From Candidatus Latescibacterota bacterium (GTDB lineage: Bacteria > Latescibacterota > UBA2968), in NCBI GenBank assembly GCA_965204745.1, contig OZ242010.1, positions 640,001 to 704,000 on the forward strand: 64,000 nt of DNA, read 5' to 3'. The first letter of the stretch is position 1; every line of letters begins with the position of its first letter. The notes under the pieces are model-generated. The model was not told where the DNA came from. It did no database searches and saw nothing but the letters and a program-made list of their open reading frames with translations. Made by a program: the position numbers and the translations under genes. Positions 27,644 to 41,505 of this stretch are shown piece after piece.

Positions 27644-28519
27644 TTACCGCTCATACAGCCGATCTACCCGCGCTTCGTACCCGTAATAATCCAGCAATTC
27701 GTAGAGTTCTTCCCGCGTCTGCATCTGCCCGACCAGTGCCCGTTGCGTGCCTTGTTCTCGCAGGGTTTGATACGCCCGTTGCGCGCCCGCGTTCATCATT
27801 CTAAACGCGGTGAGCGGGTAAAGCACCATCGCCACGCCCGCGGCTCTCATCTCGTCCAACCCAAACAGAGGCGTTTGCCCAAACTCGGTGAGATTGGCGA
27901 GCACTGGGGCAGACAACTCTTGGACAAAGGCGCGAAAATCCGAGAGAGATTGCAGGCCCTCGGCAAAAATCGCATCCGCGCCCGCGGCGACGTATTGACC
28001 TGCGCGTTCTATCCCGTGCGCCAAGCCCTCGCAGGCCACCGAGTCGGTTCGCGCCATAATCACAAACCCGCTGTGTGATCGCGCATCCACCGCCGCCTCG
28101 ATTCGGTCGCACATCTCCTCGGCGGACACTACTTGTTTGCCGGGGCGATGTCCACACCGTTTTTGCAAGACCTGATCTTCGATGTGAACCGCGGCAACGC
28201 CGATTTTTTCCAGCGTCTTGACCGCGCGGGCAATGGAGAAAAACGTGCCGCCAAACCCGGTGTCGATGTCGACGAGCAACGGCAGATCGACCGCATCGGT
28301 AATCCGCCGCGCATCTTCGGCCACATCGTCCAGCGTAGTCATGCCCAAATCCGGCAACCCGTAAGACGCGGACGCCACGGCCGAACCGGAGAGATAGAGG
28401 GCGCGAAACCCAGCGCGTTTTGCCATCAGCGCGGAAATGGCATTGATCGCGCCCACAATCTGCAAGGGACGTTCTGCGTCTAGCGCGGCCCTGAACTGGC
28501 ACCCGGCAGCCATCGCCAC
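27644..28519 (-). CDS. prpB: Methylisocitrate lyase
   Basis: LLVDIDTGFG, HIEDQ, KRCGHRPGK, MARTD, ANLTEFGQTP. Confidence 0.95.
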   Translation of the reverse strand: MAMAAGCQFRAALDAERPLQIVGAINAISALMAKRAGFRALYLSGSAVASASYGLPDLGMTTLDDVAEDARRITDAVDLPLLVDIDTGFGGTFFSIARAVKTLEKIGVAAVHIEDQVLQKRCGHRPGKQVVSAEEMCDRIEAAVDARSHSGFVIMARTDSVACEGLAHGIERAGQYVAAGADAIFAEGLQSLSDFRAFVQELSAPVLANLTEFGQTPLFGLDEMRAAGVAMVLYPLTAFRMMNAGAQRAYQTLREQGTQRALVGQMQTREELYELLDYYGYEARVDRLYER

Positions 28520-28526
28520 CTCCGCA

Positions 28527-30608
28527 TTACGCTTCGACCAACTCGCGGTCGTGTTCAGCAGCCGCGATCACCTTTTGCGTCACGTCGCGGGGAACGGCCT
28601 CGTAGTGGGAAAACGCCATCGTATAATCGCCCGTGCCCTGCGTCATCGACCGCAGCGAGGTCGAGTATTTGTACAGATCCGCCAGAGGCACCTCGGCGTG
28701 AATCACCTGAAAATTGCCTTCGGGATCCATGCCCTGAATGCGCCCGCGCCTGCCGTTCAAATCGCCCATCACATCGCCCATATAGACTTCGGGAACGACC
28801 ACGCGCACCTTGTAAATCGGCTCGAGCAAAATGGGCTTGGCGTCCATAAATGCGTTTTGAAACGCAAACGAACCGGCCAACTTAAACGCCATATCAGACG
28901 AGTCGACCGCGTGGAAAGACCCATCGTAAACCGCGACCTGCGTATCCACCACCGGATAGCCGGCCAGCACCCCGCGTTGCATGGTCTCCACGACGCCTTT
29001 CTCCACCGCGGGAATGAATTTTCCGGGAATGGCGCCGCCCACGACCTCGTCGATAAATTCAAAGCCCTCGCCGCGCTGCTTGGGGGCAACGCGCAAATAC
29101 GCCTCGCCGTATTGCCCGCGTCCACCGCTTTGCTTTCTGTGCCGATACTGCGCTTCGGCACGCCCTTGGATGGTCTCGCGGTACGGGATGCGCGGCTCGA
29201 CCACATCGACCTCCACGCCGAACTTGCTCTGCAACTTGTCGAACACGACCGTCAAGTGCAACTCGCCCTGCCCCTCGGCGATGATCTGCCGCACCTCCGA
29301 GTCGTATCCGGCCGTAAAACTCGGGTCTTCCTCGTGGATGCTCTGCAATCCTGTGCTGATTTTGTCTTCATCGCCGCGCGCTTTGGGGGCAACGGCCACG
29401 CGGATCAAGGGGTGGGGAAATTCGATGGGCTGAATTTGCAAGGGCATGGTTTTGTCGCACAGGGTATCGCCCGTATGCGTATTCTTGAGCTTGATCAACG
29501 CGCCGATATCGCCCGCGCCCACGCCATCCATATCCTCGCGCTTACCGCCGCTCATCGCGTAAATCTGACCGATGCGCTCGTTGGATCGGCGGTTGGTATT
29601 AAACGCATCGTCCCCGGGTTCGACACGCCCGGAATACACGCGCAAAAACGACAAATCGCCCACGGACTCGGAAATGGTCTTGAACACCACAGCGGCCAAC
29701 GGGCCGTCATCGCTGACGCCGAGCGCGACTTCTTCCTCGGCGCCCGGTTTGTGCGCGGTGGGAATGGGCAACTCCCGTGGCCCCGGCGCGTAATCAGCCA
29801 AAAAATCGAGCAGCAAATCAATGCCGACATTCTTACTCGCAGCACTCGCAAACACGGGAAACAAGGTGCGGTTGACCATCCCGATCTTCACCCCTCGCGC
29901 AATTTCTTCGTCCGTCAGATCGCCCTCTTCCAAGTATTGCTCGATCAACTCCTCATCGCTCTCGGCGGCGCCTTCGACCACCTGCTCTTTGAGGCTCTCG
30001 GCACGATCCTGCCACTCTGCGGGAATGTCTGACGCCGCGGCCTTGCCATCGGTATAGGTGATCATTTTCATCTGCAACACGTCGATGATCTGATTGAACC
30101 CCTCGCCGGGATTGACCGGAATCTGGAAGGGAATCGCGCCATTGCCAAAATGCTCTTGAACCGCGGCGAGCGCGCTGTCGAAATCGGCAAATTCCCGGTC
30201 GACGTGATTGATCACAAATGCGGTTGCGCGATCAAATTCATCGGCAAAATTGAACGCCTTATCCGTGCCGATCTCTACGCCACTGGCCGCATTGACCAAG
30301 GTGATGGCGATATCGGATGCCCAAATCGCGGCTTTTGCGTCGCCGATAAAATCGGCATAGCCCGGCGCGTCCAAAACATTCACTTTGGCGCCCTTCCAAT
30401 CGCAGTGCAACAGGGAGGTGCTGATGGAAATTTTGCGTGCGATCTCGGCATCCGTGTAATCCGACACGGTATTGCCCTCATCGACCGAACCGAGCCGATT
30501 GGTCGCGCCAGCGGAAAACATCACGGCTTCGGCAACGGACGTTTTGCCCGTGCCTCCGTGCCCGCACAGGGCGATGTTCCGAATTTTTTCAGGCGTGTAT
30601 TTGTTCAC
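28527..30608 (-). CDS. fusA: Elongation factor G paralogue (EF-G2-like), outside the str operon
   Basis: Full EF-G domains (YRETI, KQSGGRGQYG, DSSDMAF); divergent G-motifs GHGGTGKT, RKISI, NHVD. Confidence 0.9.
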   Translation of the reverse strand: MNKYTPEKIRNIALCGHGGTGKTSVAEAVMFSAGATNRLGSVDEGNTVSDYTDAEIARKISISTSLLHCDWKGAKVNVLDAPGYADFIGDAKAAIWASDIAITLVNAASGVEIGTDKAFNFADEFDRATAFVINHVDREFADFDSALAAVQEHFGNGAIPFQIPVNPGEGFNQIIDVLQMKMITYTDGKAAASDIPAEWQDRAESLKEQVVEGAAESDEELIEQYLEEGDLTDEEIARGVKIGMVNRTLFPVFASAASKNVGIDLLLDFLADYAPGPRELPIPTAHKPGAEEEVALGVSDDGPLAAVVFKTISESVGDLSFLRVYSGRVEPGDDAFNTNRRSNERIGQIYAMSGGKREDMDGVGAGDIGALIKLKNTHTGDTLCDKTMPLQIQPIEFPHPLIRVAVAPKARGDEDKISTGLQSIHEEDPSFTAGYDSEVRQIIAEGQGELHLTVVFDKLQSKFGVEVDVVEPRIPYRETIQGRAEAQYRHRKQSGGRGQYGEAYLRVAPKQRGEGFEFIDEVVGGAIPGKFIPAVEKGVVETMQRGVLAGYPVVDTQVAVYDGSFHAVDSSDMAFKLAGSFAFQNAFMDAKPILLEPIYKVRVVVPEVYMGDVMGDLNGRRGRIQGMDPEGNFQVIHAEVPLADLYKYSTSLRSMTQGTGDYTMAFSHYEAVPRDVTQKVIAAAEHDRELVEA

Positions 30609-30733
30609 GGTCAACCCTCCTTAAATACCCGGTATGATATGCGCGATTGGGGAATCTCTCACCCAAAAATGAGGCGCGTATAATTGCAAAACAGAGCGGC
30701 CTTGTCAAGCACTCTTTTGCGTCTGCAAATACA

Positions 30734-30762
30734 AAAAGCCCGGAGTTTGAAGTCCGGGCTTT
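30734..30762 (-). terminator. rRNA operon terminator
   Basis: AAAGCCCGGA-loop-TCCGGGCTTT with a U-run on the minus strand, just after 5S. Confidence 0.8.
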
Positions 30763-30768
30763 ATTGAT

Positions 30769-30887
30769 TTCCTGGCAACGACCTACTCTCCCACAAGGTC
30801 TCCCAAGCAGTACCATTGGCGCTGGAGGGCTTAACTTCTCTGTTCGGAATGGAAAGAGGTGTGGCCCCTCCGCTATAGCCACCAGGA
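30769..30887 (-). rRNA. rrf: 5S rRNA
   Basis: CCTGGTGGC...CCATTCCGAACAGAGAAGTTAAG...GAGAGTAGGTCGTTGCCAGG. Confidence 0.95.
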
Positions 30888-30952
30888 AAGTTTTTTGAAT
30901 ATGAACTGGGTGCCAAACAAAGCACAGAAGCGATCTGCTGAAAGTGTTAAAA

Positions 30953-33982
<3,030 letters not shown>

Positions 33983-34070
33983 AAAACAGGTTTTCAGCAG
34001 ATCACTACTGTGCTCTGCCAAAGAATCCATACTTCGGTTTGGCAAATTGATATACCCAATTCATATTCAA

Positions 34071-34083
34071 TTGTCAAAGAGCA
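34071..34083 (-). promoter_or_regulatory. boxA antitermination site in the ITS (second boxA-like site at about 36059-36070)
   Basis: Minus strand TGCTCTTTGACAA; leader GTTCTTTGAAAA. Confidence 0.7.
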
Positions 34084-34118
34084 GTCGGGTAAATCCCGAA
34101 AGTTCTGTCATACAACTT

Positions 34119-34194
34119 TGGTGGAGATAACCGGGGTCGAACCGGCGACCTCCGGCTTGCAAAGCCGGCGCTCTCCCATCTGAGCTATATCCCC
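34119..34194 (-). tRNA. tRNA-Ala(TGC)
   Basis: GGGGATATAGCTCAG...TTGCAAG...GGTTCGA...CTCCACCA; G3-U70 pair. Confidence 0.97.
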
Positions 34195-34212
34195 AATATG
34201 TTGCTTTGTGAT

Positions 34213-34289
34213 TGGTGGGCCTAAGTGGAATTGAACCACTGACCTCGCGCTTATCAGGCGCGCGCTCTAACCATCTGAGCTATAGGCCC
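34213..34289 (-). tRNA. tRNA-Ile(GAT)
   Basis: GGGCCTATAGCTCAG...CTGATAA...GGTTCAA...GGCCCACCA. Confidence 0.97.
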
Positions 34290-34408
34290 GCCCTAAAAAG
34301 CCGGGCGCGAACCCGGCTCTTCAAAAACCAAATAACGTGCACATGCCCAAACTTGGCATTGACCTTAGGAGTAGATGTGAGCACCTATGGCCTCACATCG
34401 CGTCTCCC

Positions 34409-35956
<1,548 letters not shown>

Positions 35957-36108
35957 AAAATGAGAGTGCCCAATTAAATGGGCTTTTGTGCAAATACTAA
36001 ATTCCCAAGAAATCTTGAGAACCTACCAAGCTTTCAATAACACATGCACGTTATTCGATTTTCAAAGAACAGAATAAGCACTTCATCGCAAAGTGCCGGT
36101 AAGGGACA

Positions 36109-36137
36109 AATTTACAGGATCGCCCTTTGGAAGTCAA
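36109..36137 (-). promoter_or_regulatory. Putative rRNA promoter
   Basis: TTGACT-17 nt-TAAATT on the minus strand with A/T tracts upstream. Confidence 0.65.
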
Positions 36138-36564
36138 GAAAAAATCTGCGCCATTTTCGGCGTAGAAGCAAAAAATATAAAAAACGGAATCTCATAAGTC
36201 AATCAATTTTTGGCAAAAAACCCTCATTCCCACGCAACTTTTTTTGTCATCTGCTCAGAACCGCTCGCAAGCCGCCCTGTATGATGGTTTGTCAATCAGC
36301 ATCAACCTATCAGTATTACCGAATCCTCTTGCATCAAAATCAAATAGGACTTACTCAAAAAAGAACTGAATCGAAAATCCATCCTCACTAGGGACAGGCA
36401 CAAGGGCCTGTCCCTACGGGTGATGGATGGAACTGATCGCTGACCCCTTGGGACGCGAGCCGGGGTCACGCACATGGCGGGGTGAGGATGGGCAGGGCAC
36501 GCACGGGTGGACGGGCGGAGCGGCGAGGCACGCACGAGTGGCGAGGCGGCGGGGTGGGGGTTTG

Positions 36565-37494
36565 TCATGCCCTCGGATGAAACATCCGATGCACTTCCTT
36601 CAAATACTCGCGGTCAACGTGCGTGTAAATCTGCGTGGTCGAGATATTCGCATGGCCCAACATCTCCTGAACCGCCCGCAAATCCGCACCGCCTTCCAGC
36701 AGGTGCGTGGCAAACGAATGCCGTAGCGTATGCGGGCTCACCTTCTTCTCCAAACCCGCCAACGTCGCGTATTGCCGCAGCAACTTCCAAACGCCCATCC
36801 GCGAAAACCCGGCACCGCGAAAATTCAAAAACACCTCCTGCTCGGTATGGGGCTTGACCAACTCGGGACGCACATCGTCCAGATACGCCGTCACCCACTC
36901 GATCCCCTCTGACCCAATCGGCACCACCCGCTCGCGGTTGCCCTTGCCCATCACCCGAATCACCTCCACGTCAAACAGCAAATCCATCTGCGCCAACCCG
37001 ATCAATTCCGACACGCGCAACCCCGCGCCGTAAAGCATCTCCAACAACGCACGGTCGCGCAACCCCAGCGGCGTTTCCACATCCGGCGCGAGCATCAGCC
37101 GCTCGATCTCATACACATTGAGCACTGCCGGCAACTTTCGCCCCAAGCGAGGCGGACGCAAATGCTCGGTCGGATCCCGCCGCGCCATGCCTTCCGCCAA
37201 CAAAAACCGATGAAACATCCGCACCGCTGTCAAATTCCGCGCCACACTCGACGCCTCCAACCCCAACTCCGCGAGCACATTCAACAGTGCGGACACATTC
37301 GCTTGGGAAATCGCATCCGGCGTCTGAATGCCGCCATCGGTCAACAACCCCAAATACCGGCACAAATCGCGCTGATACGCCCGCGCCGTATTGTCCGACA
37401 ACCCGCGCTCGAGCATCACGTAATCGAGAAACCCCTGTAACGCCCCCCGCAATTCAGGCGCGATTTCCCACCTCTGTTCTACACGTTTCAGCAT
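36565..37494 (-). CDS. xerD: Tyrosine recombinase XerD (start uncertain)
   Basis: ERGLSDNT..AY..DL, RDRALLEMLYGAGLRVSEL, GKGNRER, SPHTLRHSFATH, LGHANISTTQIY, FHPRA. Confidence 0.92.
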   Translation of the reverse strand: MLKRVEQRWEIAPELRGALQGFLDYVMLERGLSDNTARAYQRDLCRYLGLLTDGGIQTPDAISQANVSALLNVLAELGLEASSVARNLTAVRMFHRFLLAEGMARRDPTEHLRPPRLGRKLPAVLNVYEIERLMLAPDVETPLGLRDRALLEMLYGAGLRVSELIGLAQMDLLFDVEVIRVMGKGNRERVVPIGSEGIEWVTAYLDDVRPELVKPHTEQEVFLNFRGAGFSRMGVWKLLRQYATLAGLEKKVSPHTLRHSFATHLLEGGADLRAVQEMLGHANISTTQIYTHVDREYLKEVHRMFHPRA

Positions 37495-37664
37495 GAGATT
37501 CCTCAAGAAATGACGGCATGTCATGCGAGCGACAGGCTGACGGAGCATCTCTACCTGCTTCGCCTTTCTCGACTTGGCAACTCATCAATTTTCCACTATG
37601 TTGATTTCAGCCCCCGGCTATTTCCTCTATTCGCCTGTTTTGCTGGCCCTTATACGGAGCCCCC

Positions 37665-38273
37665 ATGAAAACACTTTACTACGTCGCCGACCCGATGTGT
37701 TCTTGGTGCTGGGGATTTCACCCCGTATTGCAAAAAGTGAAAGACGCCGTGCCCGAAGCCCTGTCGCCGATCTACGTCATGGGCGGGTTGGCACGCGACA
37801 CAGACGAGCCGATGCCCGATGAAGTGCGCGCCCATATCCAGCGCGCCTGGCGCGAGGTGACAGCGCGGACCGGTGCGCGTTTTAATTGGGATTTTTGGGA
37901 CATGTGCAACCCGCGGCGATGCACCTACCCATCTTGTCGGGCTTTTTATGCGGCCCAAAACCAAGGCGAGGGAATCGCGATGTACGAAGCGATTCAACAT
38001 GCGTATTACCTTGAGGCACGCAACCCATCGGACGTCGAAGTCTTGGTTGTATTGGCAGGCGAAATCGGCTTGAACACCGCCCGCTTTGCCCGCGATCTGG
38101 CCTCGGCCGAAATCGAACAGCAGATGCAGGATGGATTCAATCTCAGGCGGTCGATGAACGCCAATCAGTTTCCAAGTCTGGTCGTAAGAGACGGGGCCTC
38201 TGTAATCTTCGTCGCCAGAGGATATGCCGATTCAGAAACCGTATTGACCCGGTTGCACGCAGCCCTGCGGTAG
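37665..38273 (+). CDS. DsbA-family (DSBA-like thioredoxin) protein
   Basis: DPMCSWCWGF CxxC motif; FPSL. Confidence 0.88.
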   Translation: MKTLYYVADPMCSWCWGFHPVLQKVKDAVPEALSPIYVMGGLARDTDEPMPDEVRAHIQRAWREVTARTGARFNWDFWDMCNPRRCTYPSCRAFYAAQNQGEGIAMYEAIQHAYYLEARNPSDVEVLVVLAGEIGLNTARFARDLASAEIEQQMQDGFNLRRSMNANQFPSLVVRDGASVIFVARGYADSETVLTRLHAALR

Positions 38274-38431
38274 AACGGAACGCGAGCCAACTGCGTCAGC
38301 AATTCATCGACAAATTGAGTGGTTTTGGGAGTAATTGAACGGTGGGTGCTATCCATACATTTGGGAAGCACAGGTACCGCGCCTCTCTCATCTGCGTTCA
38401 TCTGTCATCCCTACTTACTGCCTTTCCCGCC

Positions 38432-38460
38432 TTTACACATTTCACACAACGCCCTATATT
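38432..38460 (+). promoter_or_regulatory. Putative sigma70 promoter for glgC
   Basis: TTTACA-17 nt-TATATT. Confidence 0.55.
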
Positions 38461-38497
38461 GATAAGAAACACCGTCCCACAAAACAAGGAGGTTGGT

Positions 38498-39760
38498 GTG
38501 GAATCCGTCATTGGCATCATATTGGGTGGGGGTCAGGGGTCGCGTCTTTATCCACTGACCAAATACCGCTCCAAACCCGCAGTGCCGTTGGGTGGCAAAT
38601 ATCGCCTCATCGACATCCCCATCAGCAACTGCCTGCACGCGGGCCTCAAGTGCATTTACGTGCTCACGCAATTCAACTCGGCCTCGCTCAACCGCCACAT
38701 CGTGCAAACCTATCGCTTTGACGCCTTTTCAACGGGCTTTGTCGAGATTCTCGCGGCCGAACAAACCCAAGATCGCCCCGACTGGTATCAGGGCACAGCC
38801 GATGCCGTGCGCCAGCAACTGCGCCACCTCATGTACAACCCGATGGACCAGTGTCTCATCCTCTCGGGCGATCACCTCTATCGGATGAACTACCGGGACT
38901 TTATCGCCACGCACCGCGCAAAAGGCGCGGACCTCACCATCGCCATCAAACCCGTACCGCGAGAAGCCGCACCCGACCTCGGCATCCTCAAAGTGGATGA
39001 CGCGGGCCGCATCGTCAACTTCGTGGAAAAGCCACAGACCGACGCGGAATTGGACGACCTCAAACTCACCGCCAGCACCCATCCCGGCGACGAAGCGTAC
39101 ATGGCCTCAATGGGCATCTACGTATTTGAAAAAGAAGTCCTAAAAGAACTCCTGCACCAAAACGACGGCGATGACTTTGGCAACCACATCATCCCCGCTG
39201 CCATTCAAAGCCACAAGGTCTATGCCCACCGGTTTGAGGGATACTGGGAAGACATTGGCACGATCCGCGCCTTTTACGAAGCCAACCTCGCGCTCACAAC
39301 TCCTAACCCGCCATTCACCTTTTATCAACCCGACGCGCCCATCTACACGCACCCGCGCTACTTGGCCGCCACCAAATTGGATGGTTGCTACCTCAAGCAG
39401 TGCAAAATCGGCGATGGGTCCGACATTCGAGACGCGGAAATCGAACACTCCGTCATCGGCATTCGCAGCATCGTCGGCCCGCACGTCAAACTCACGCACA
39501 CGGTCATGATGGGGGCTGATTTTTACGAAACACCCGACGACAAAATGCACAACAACCAAAAAGGCATCCCAAACATCGGCATTGGTTCGGGATGCGTCAT
39601 CAACCGCGCGATCATCGACAAAAACGCCCGTATCGGCGAAAACGTCCGCATCCAAAATGCAAACGACATCCGCGAAGCAGAACGAGACGCCTACTCCATC
39701 CGCGACGGCATCGTGGTCATCACCAAAGACGCGGTCATTCCATCGGGAACAGTCATTTAA
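38498..39760 (+). CDS. glgC: Glucose-1-phosphate adenylyltransferase
   Basis: GGGQGSRLYPLT, KPAVP, WYQGTADAV, FVEKP, YWEDIGT; GTG start after AAGGAGG. Confidence 0.97.
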   Translation: MESVIGIILGGGQGSRLYPLTKYRSKPAVPLGGKYRLIDIPISNCLHAGLKCIYVLTQFNSASLNRHIVQTYRFDAFSTGFVEILAAEQTQDRPDWYQGTADAVRQQLRHLMYNPMDQCLILSGDHLYRMNYRDFIATHRAKGADLTIAIKPVPREAAPDLGILKVDDAGRIVNFVEKPQTDAELDDLKLTASTHPGDEAYMASMGIYVFEKEVLKELLHQNDGDDFGNHIIPAAIQSHKVYAHRFEGYWEDIGTIRAFYEANLALTTPNPPFTFYQPDAPIYTHPRYLAATKLDGCYLKQCKIGDGSDIRDAEIEHSVIGIRSIVGPHVKLTHTVMMGADFYETPDDKMHNNQKGIPNIGIGSGCVINRAIIDKNARIGENVRIQNANDIREAERDAYSIRDGIVVITKDAVIPSGTVI

Positions 39761-39761
39761 G

Positions 39762-39852
39762 GCGAGAGGCGAGAAGCAAGAGGTGAGAGGCAAGAGGCAA
39801 GAGGTGAGAGGCGAGAAGCAAGAGGCAAGAGGTGAGAGGCGAGAAGCAAGAG
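39762..39852. repeat. Degenerate heptamer tandem array (GCGAGAG/GCAAGAG/GTGAGAG/GCGAGAA)
   Basis: About 13 units right after the glgC stop; the reverse complement resembles the array at 24968. Confidence 0.85.
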
Positions 39853-39903
39853 GGCCACCCTTCAACCCAAAACCACTACGCACTTTGATTAACTGATGAA
39901 CGA

Positions 39904-40158
39904 GGTTGTGTTGACATTTCATTTTTTGACGTTACGCACAGAGTAGCAACAGTGTTGCTTCTTGCTCATTTAAGGCGTTTGGTCCTTTGATGGCTTAGGT
40001 TGCTCTGATGGCGTGGCGCGAGGGCATAAAGCGATTAAAAATCCCTCACACCATCCCCTCGCAAAACCCATCCGCGTTCCCCCCTTCCTCTAAGGAAGGG
40101 GGGCTAGGGGGGTAGGTCCAGGATCGACTGTTTCAGTTTCTCAAACCGAGAGCATATC
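39904..40158. mobile_element. Truncated copy of the IS5-derived MITE
   Basis: Near-identical to 1582 onward including the left TIR; lacks the duplicated unit with the first hairpin and lacks the right TIR. Confidence 0.8.
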
Positions 40159-40206
40159 GTAGCTATACCCCGTCCCGCTGATTTGCTCGTTAAAGGACAA
40201 CCCCCA

Positions 40207-40713
40207 ATGACATATTCACAAACAGAACTAAAAACCTTCATGACTGTTGCCCTTGCCGAAGGTCGAAAAGCACTGCCAGCGTGTTTGCCCAATCCGCCGG
40301 TGGGATGCGTGCTCGTGCGGGCGGGCGACATCATCGCCCGAGGGCATACCCAGCCGCCGGGCCAATTTCACGCAGAGGCCATGGCACTCGCGCAAGCGCA
40401 GGGCCCATTGGAGGACGTCACCGCATTTGTCACGCTGGAACCCTGCGCGTTTCACGGGCGCACGCCCTCGTGTGCTCGGGCACTCGTACAAAAAAAAATC
40501 TGCGCCATTTTCGTGGCGCTGATCGACCCCCACCCGAAAAATCGCGGACGCGGCATTCACATTCTTCAAAACGCGGGCATTCCCGTACAACTCGGCCTAT
40601 TACGAGAAGAAGCCGAGAGAGATATGGGGCGTTATTTGGTCACTGGCAAATTCAACACCATCAGGAGGCAAAATGAACAACTGGATGGACGTGTACGAAA
40701 AACGAATGTATGA
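40207..40713 (+). CDS. Stand-alone RibD-type zinc deaminase domain
   Basis: PNPPVGC, HAE, VTLEPC-x-x-x-GRTPSC, DPHP; no reductase domain. Confidence 0.8.
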   Translation: MTYSQTELKTFMTVALAEGRKALPACLPNPPVGCVLVRAGDIIARGHTQPPGQFHAEAMALAQAQGPLEDVTAFVTLEPCAFHGRTPSCARALVQKKICAIFVALIDPHPKNRGRGIHILQNAGIPVQLGLLREEAERDMGRYLVTGKFNTIRRQNEQLDGRVRKTNV

Positions 40714-41494
40714 CCGCATGCCCTATCGCCTGCTCAGGCCCATCGCAGATCATCCCGACACGGCGTATCCCCTCATCCTCAGCCTGCACGGCGCGGGCGG
40801 CAAAGGCACGGACAACATCAAAAACCTGCGCCACTGGAATGAGACTCTGGCCGAGGAAACGCACCGCCGAAAATACCCCAGTTTTGTGCTCGCCCCGCAA
40901 ACGCCCCTGCGATGGCTCATGCCCGCCGCCCTGCCCGAAATCACGCCGGAATACATCGAATCGCTCTCCGATATTTGGCAGGCGCGCATTCAGCGACTGC
41001 TGGCCCGCGGCGACGATCCCACAACCGGCGAGTTGGGCAAAGCATTTGATCTGCTCGACGCGATCTGCGAGGCATATCCCGTTGATCGCAACCGCATTTA
41101 TGTGCTCGGGCATTCCATGGGTGGCTTTGGCACTTGGAACGCCATTTGCGAACAACCCGACCGCTTTGCGGCGGCGATTCCCTCTGCTGGCGGATGCGGA
41201 CCCTGGAACGACATTAGCCGCATCGCACACATTCCCATCTGGACATTTCACGGCGACGCGGATCAAACCGTACCCGTCGATTTGACGCGAGACGCGTTTC
41301 GCCAGTTGGATGCGCGAAACGCCAACGCCAAATACACCGAACTCAAAAACATCGGGCACAATGCGAGCAGGTATGGCTTTGCGTACACAGGCGACGACCC
41401 CCAGCGCGGATTCATCACCCATCTTGCCAGTGACCAATGCGACAAAACCGAAAACGTCTGGGACTGGCTGTTCGCACAACAACGCGGGCAATAG
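40673..41494 (+). CDS. Alpha/beta-hydrolase (esterase/phospholipase-like)
   Basis: LHGAG, GHSMGG nucleophile elbow, FHGDADQTV, GH. Confidence 0.88.
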   Translation: MNNWMDVYEKRMYDRMPYRLLRPIADHPDTAYPLILSLHGAGGKGTDNIKNLRHWNETLAEETHRRKYPSFVLAPQTPLRWLMPAALPEITPEYIESLSDIWQARIQRLLARGDDPTTGELGKAFDLLDAICEAYPVDRNRIYVLGHSMGGFGTWNAICEQPDRFAAAIPSAGGCGPWNDISRIAHIPIWTFHGDADQTVPVDLTRDAFRQLDARNANAKYTELKNIGHNASRYGFAYTGDDPQRGFITHLASDQCDKTENVWDWLFAQQRGQ

Positions 41495-41505
41495 GTCAGG
41501 GCGTC

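Noticed and set aside
28437-30032. Long antisense ORFs (this one, 450..1592, 1999..2916, 22285..23436, 41437..42834 and others)
   Set aside because: Shadow frames of well-supported GC-rich genes on the opposite strand; no recognisable motifs.
36565-37494. Tyrosine recombinase as a prophage or island integrase
   Set aside because: Sequence motifs fit chromosomal XerD; no att repeats or cargo genes nearby.
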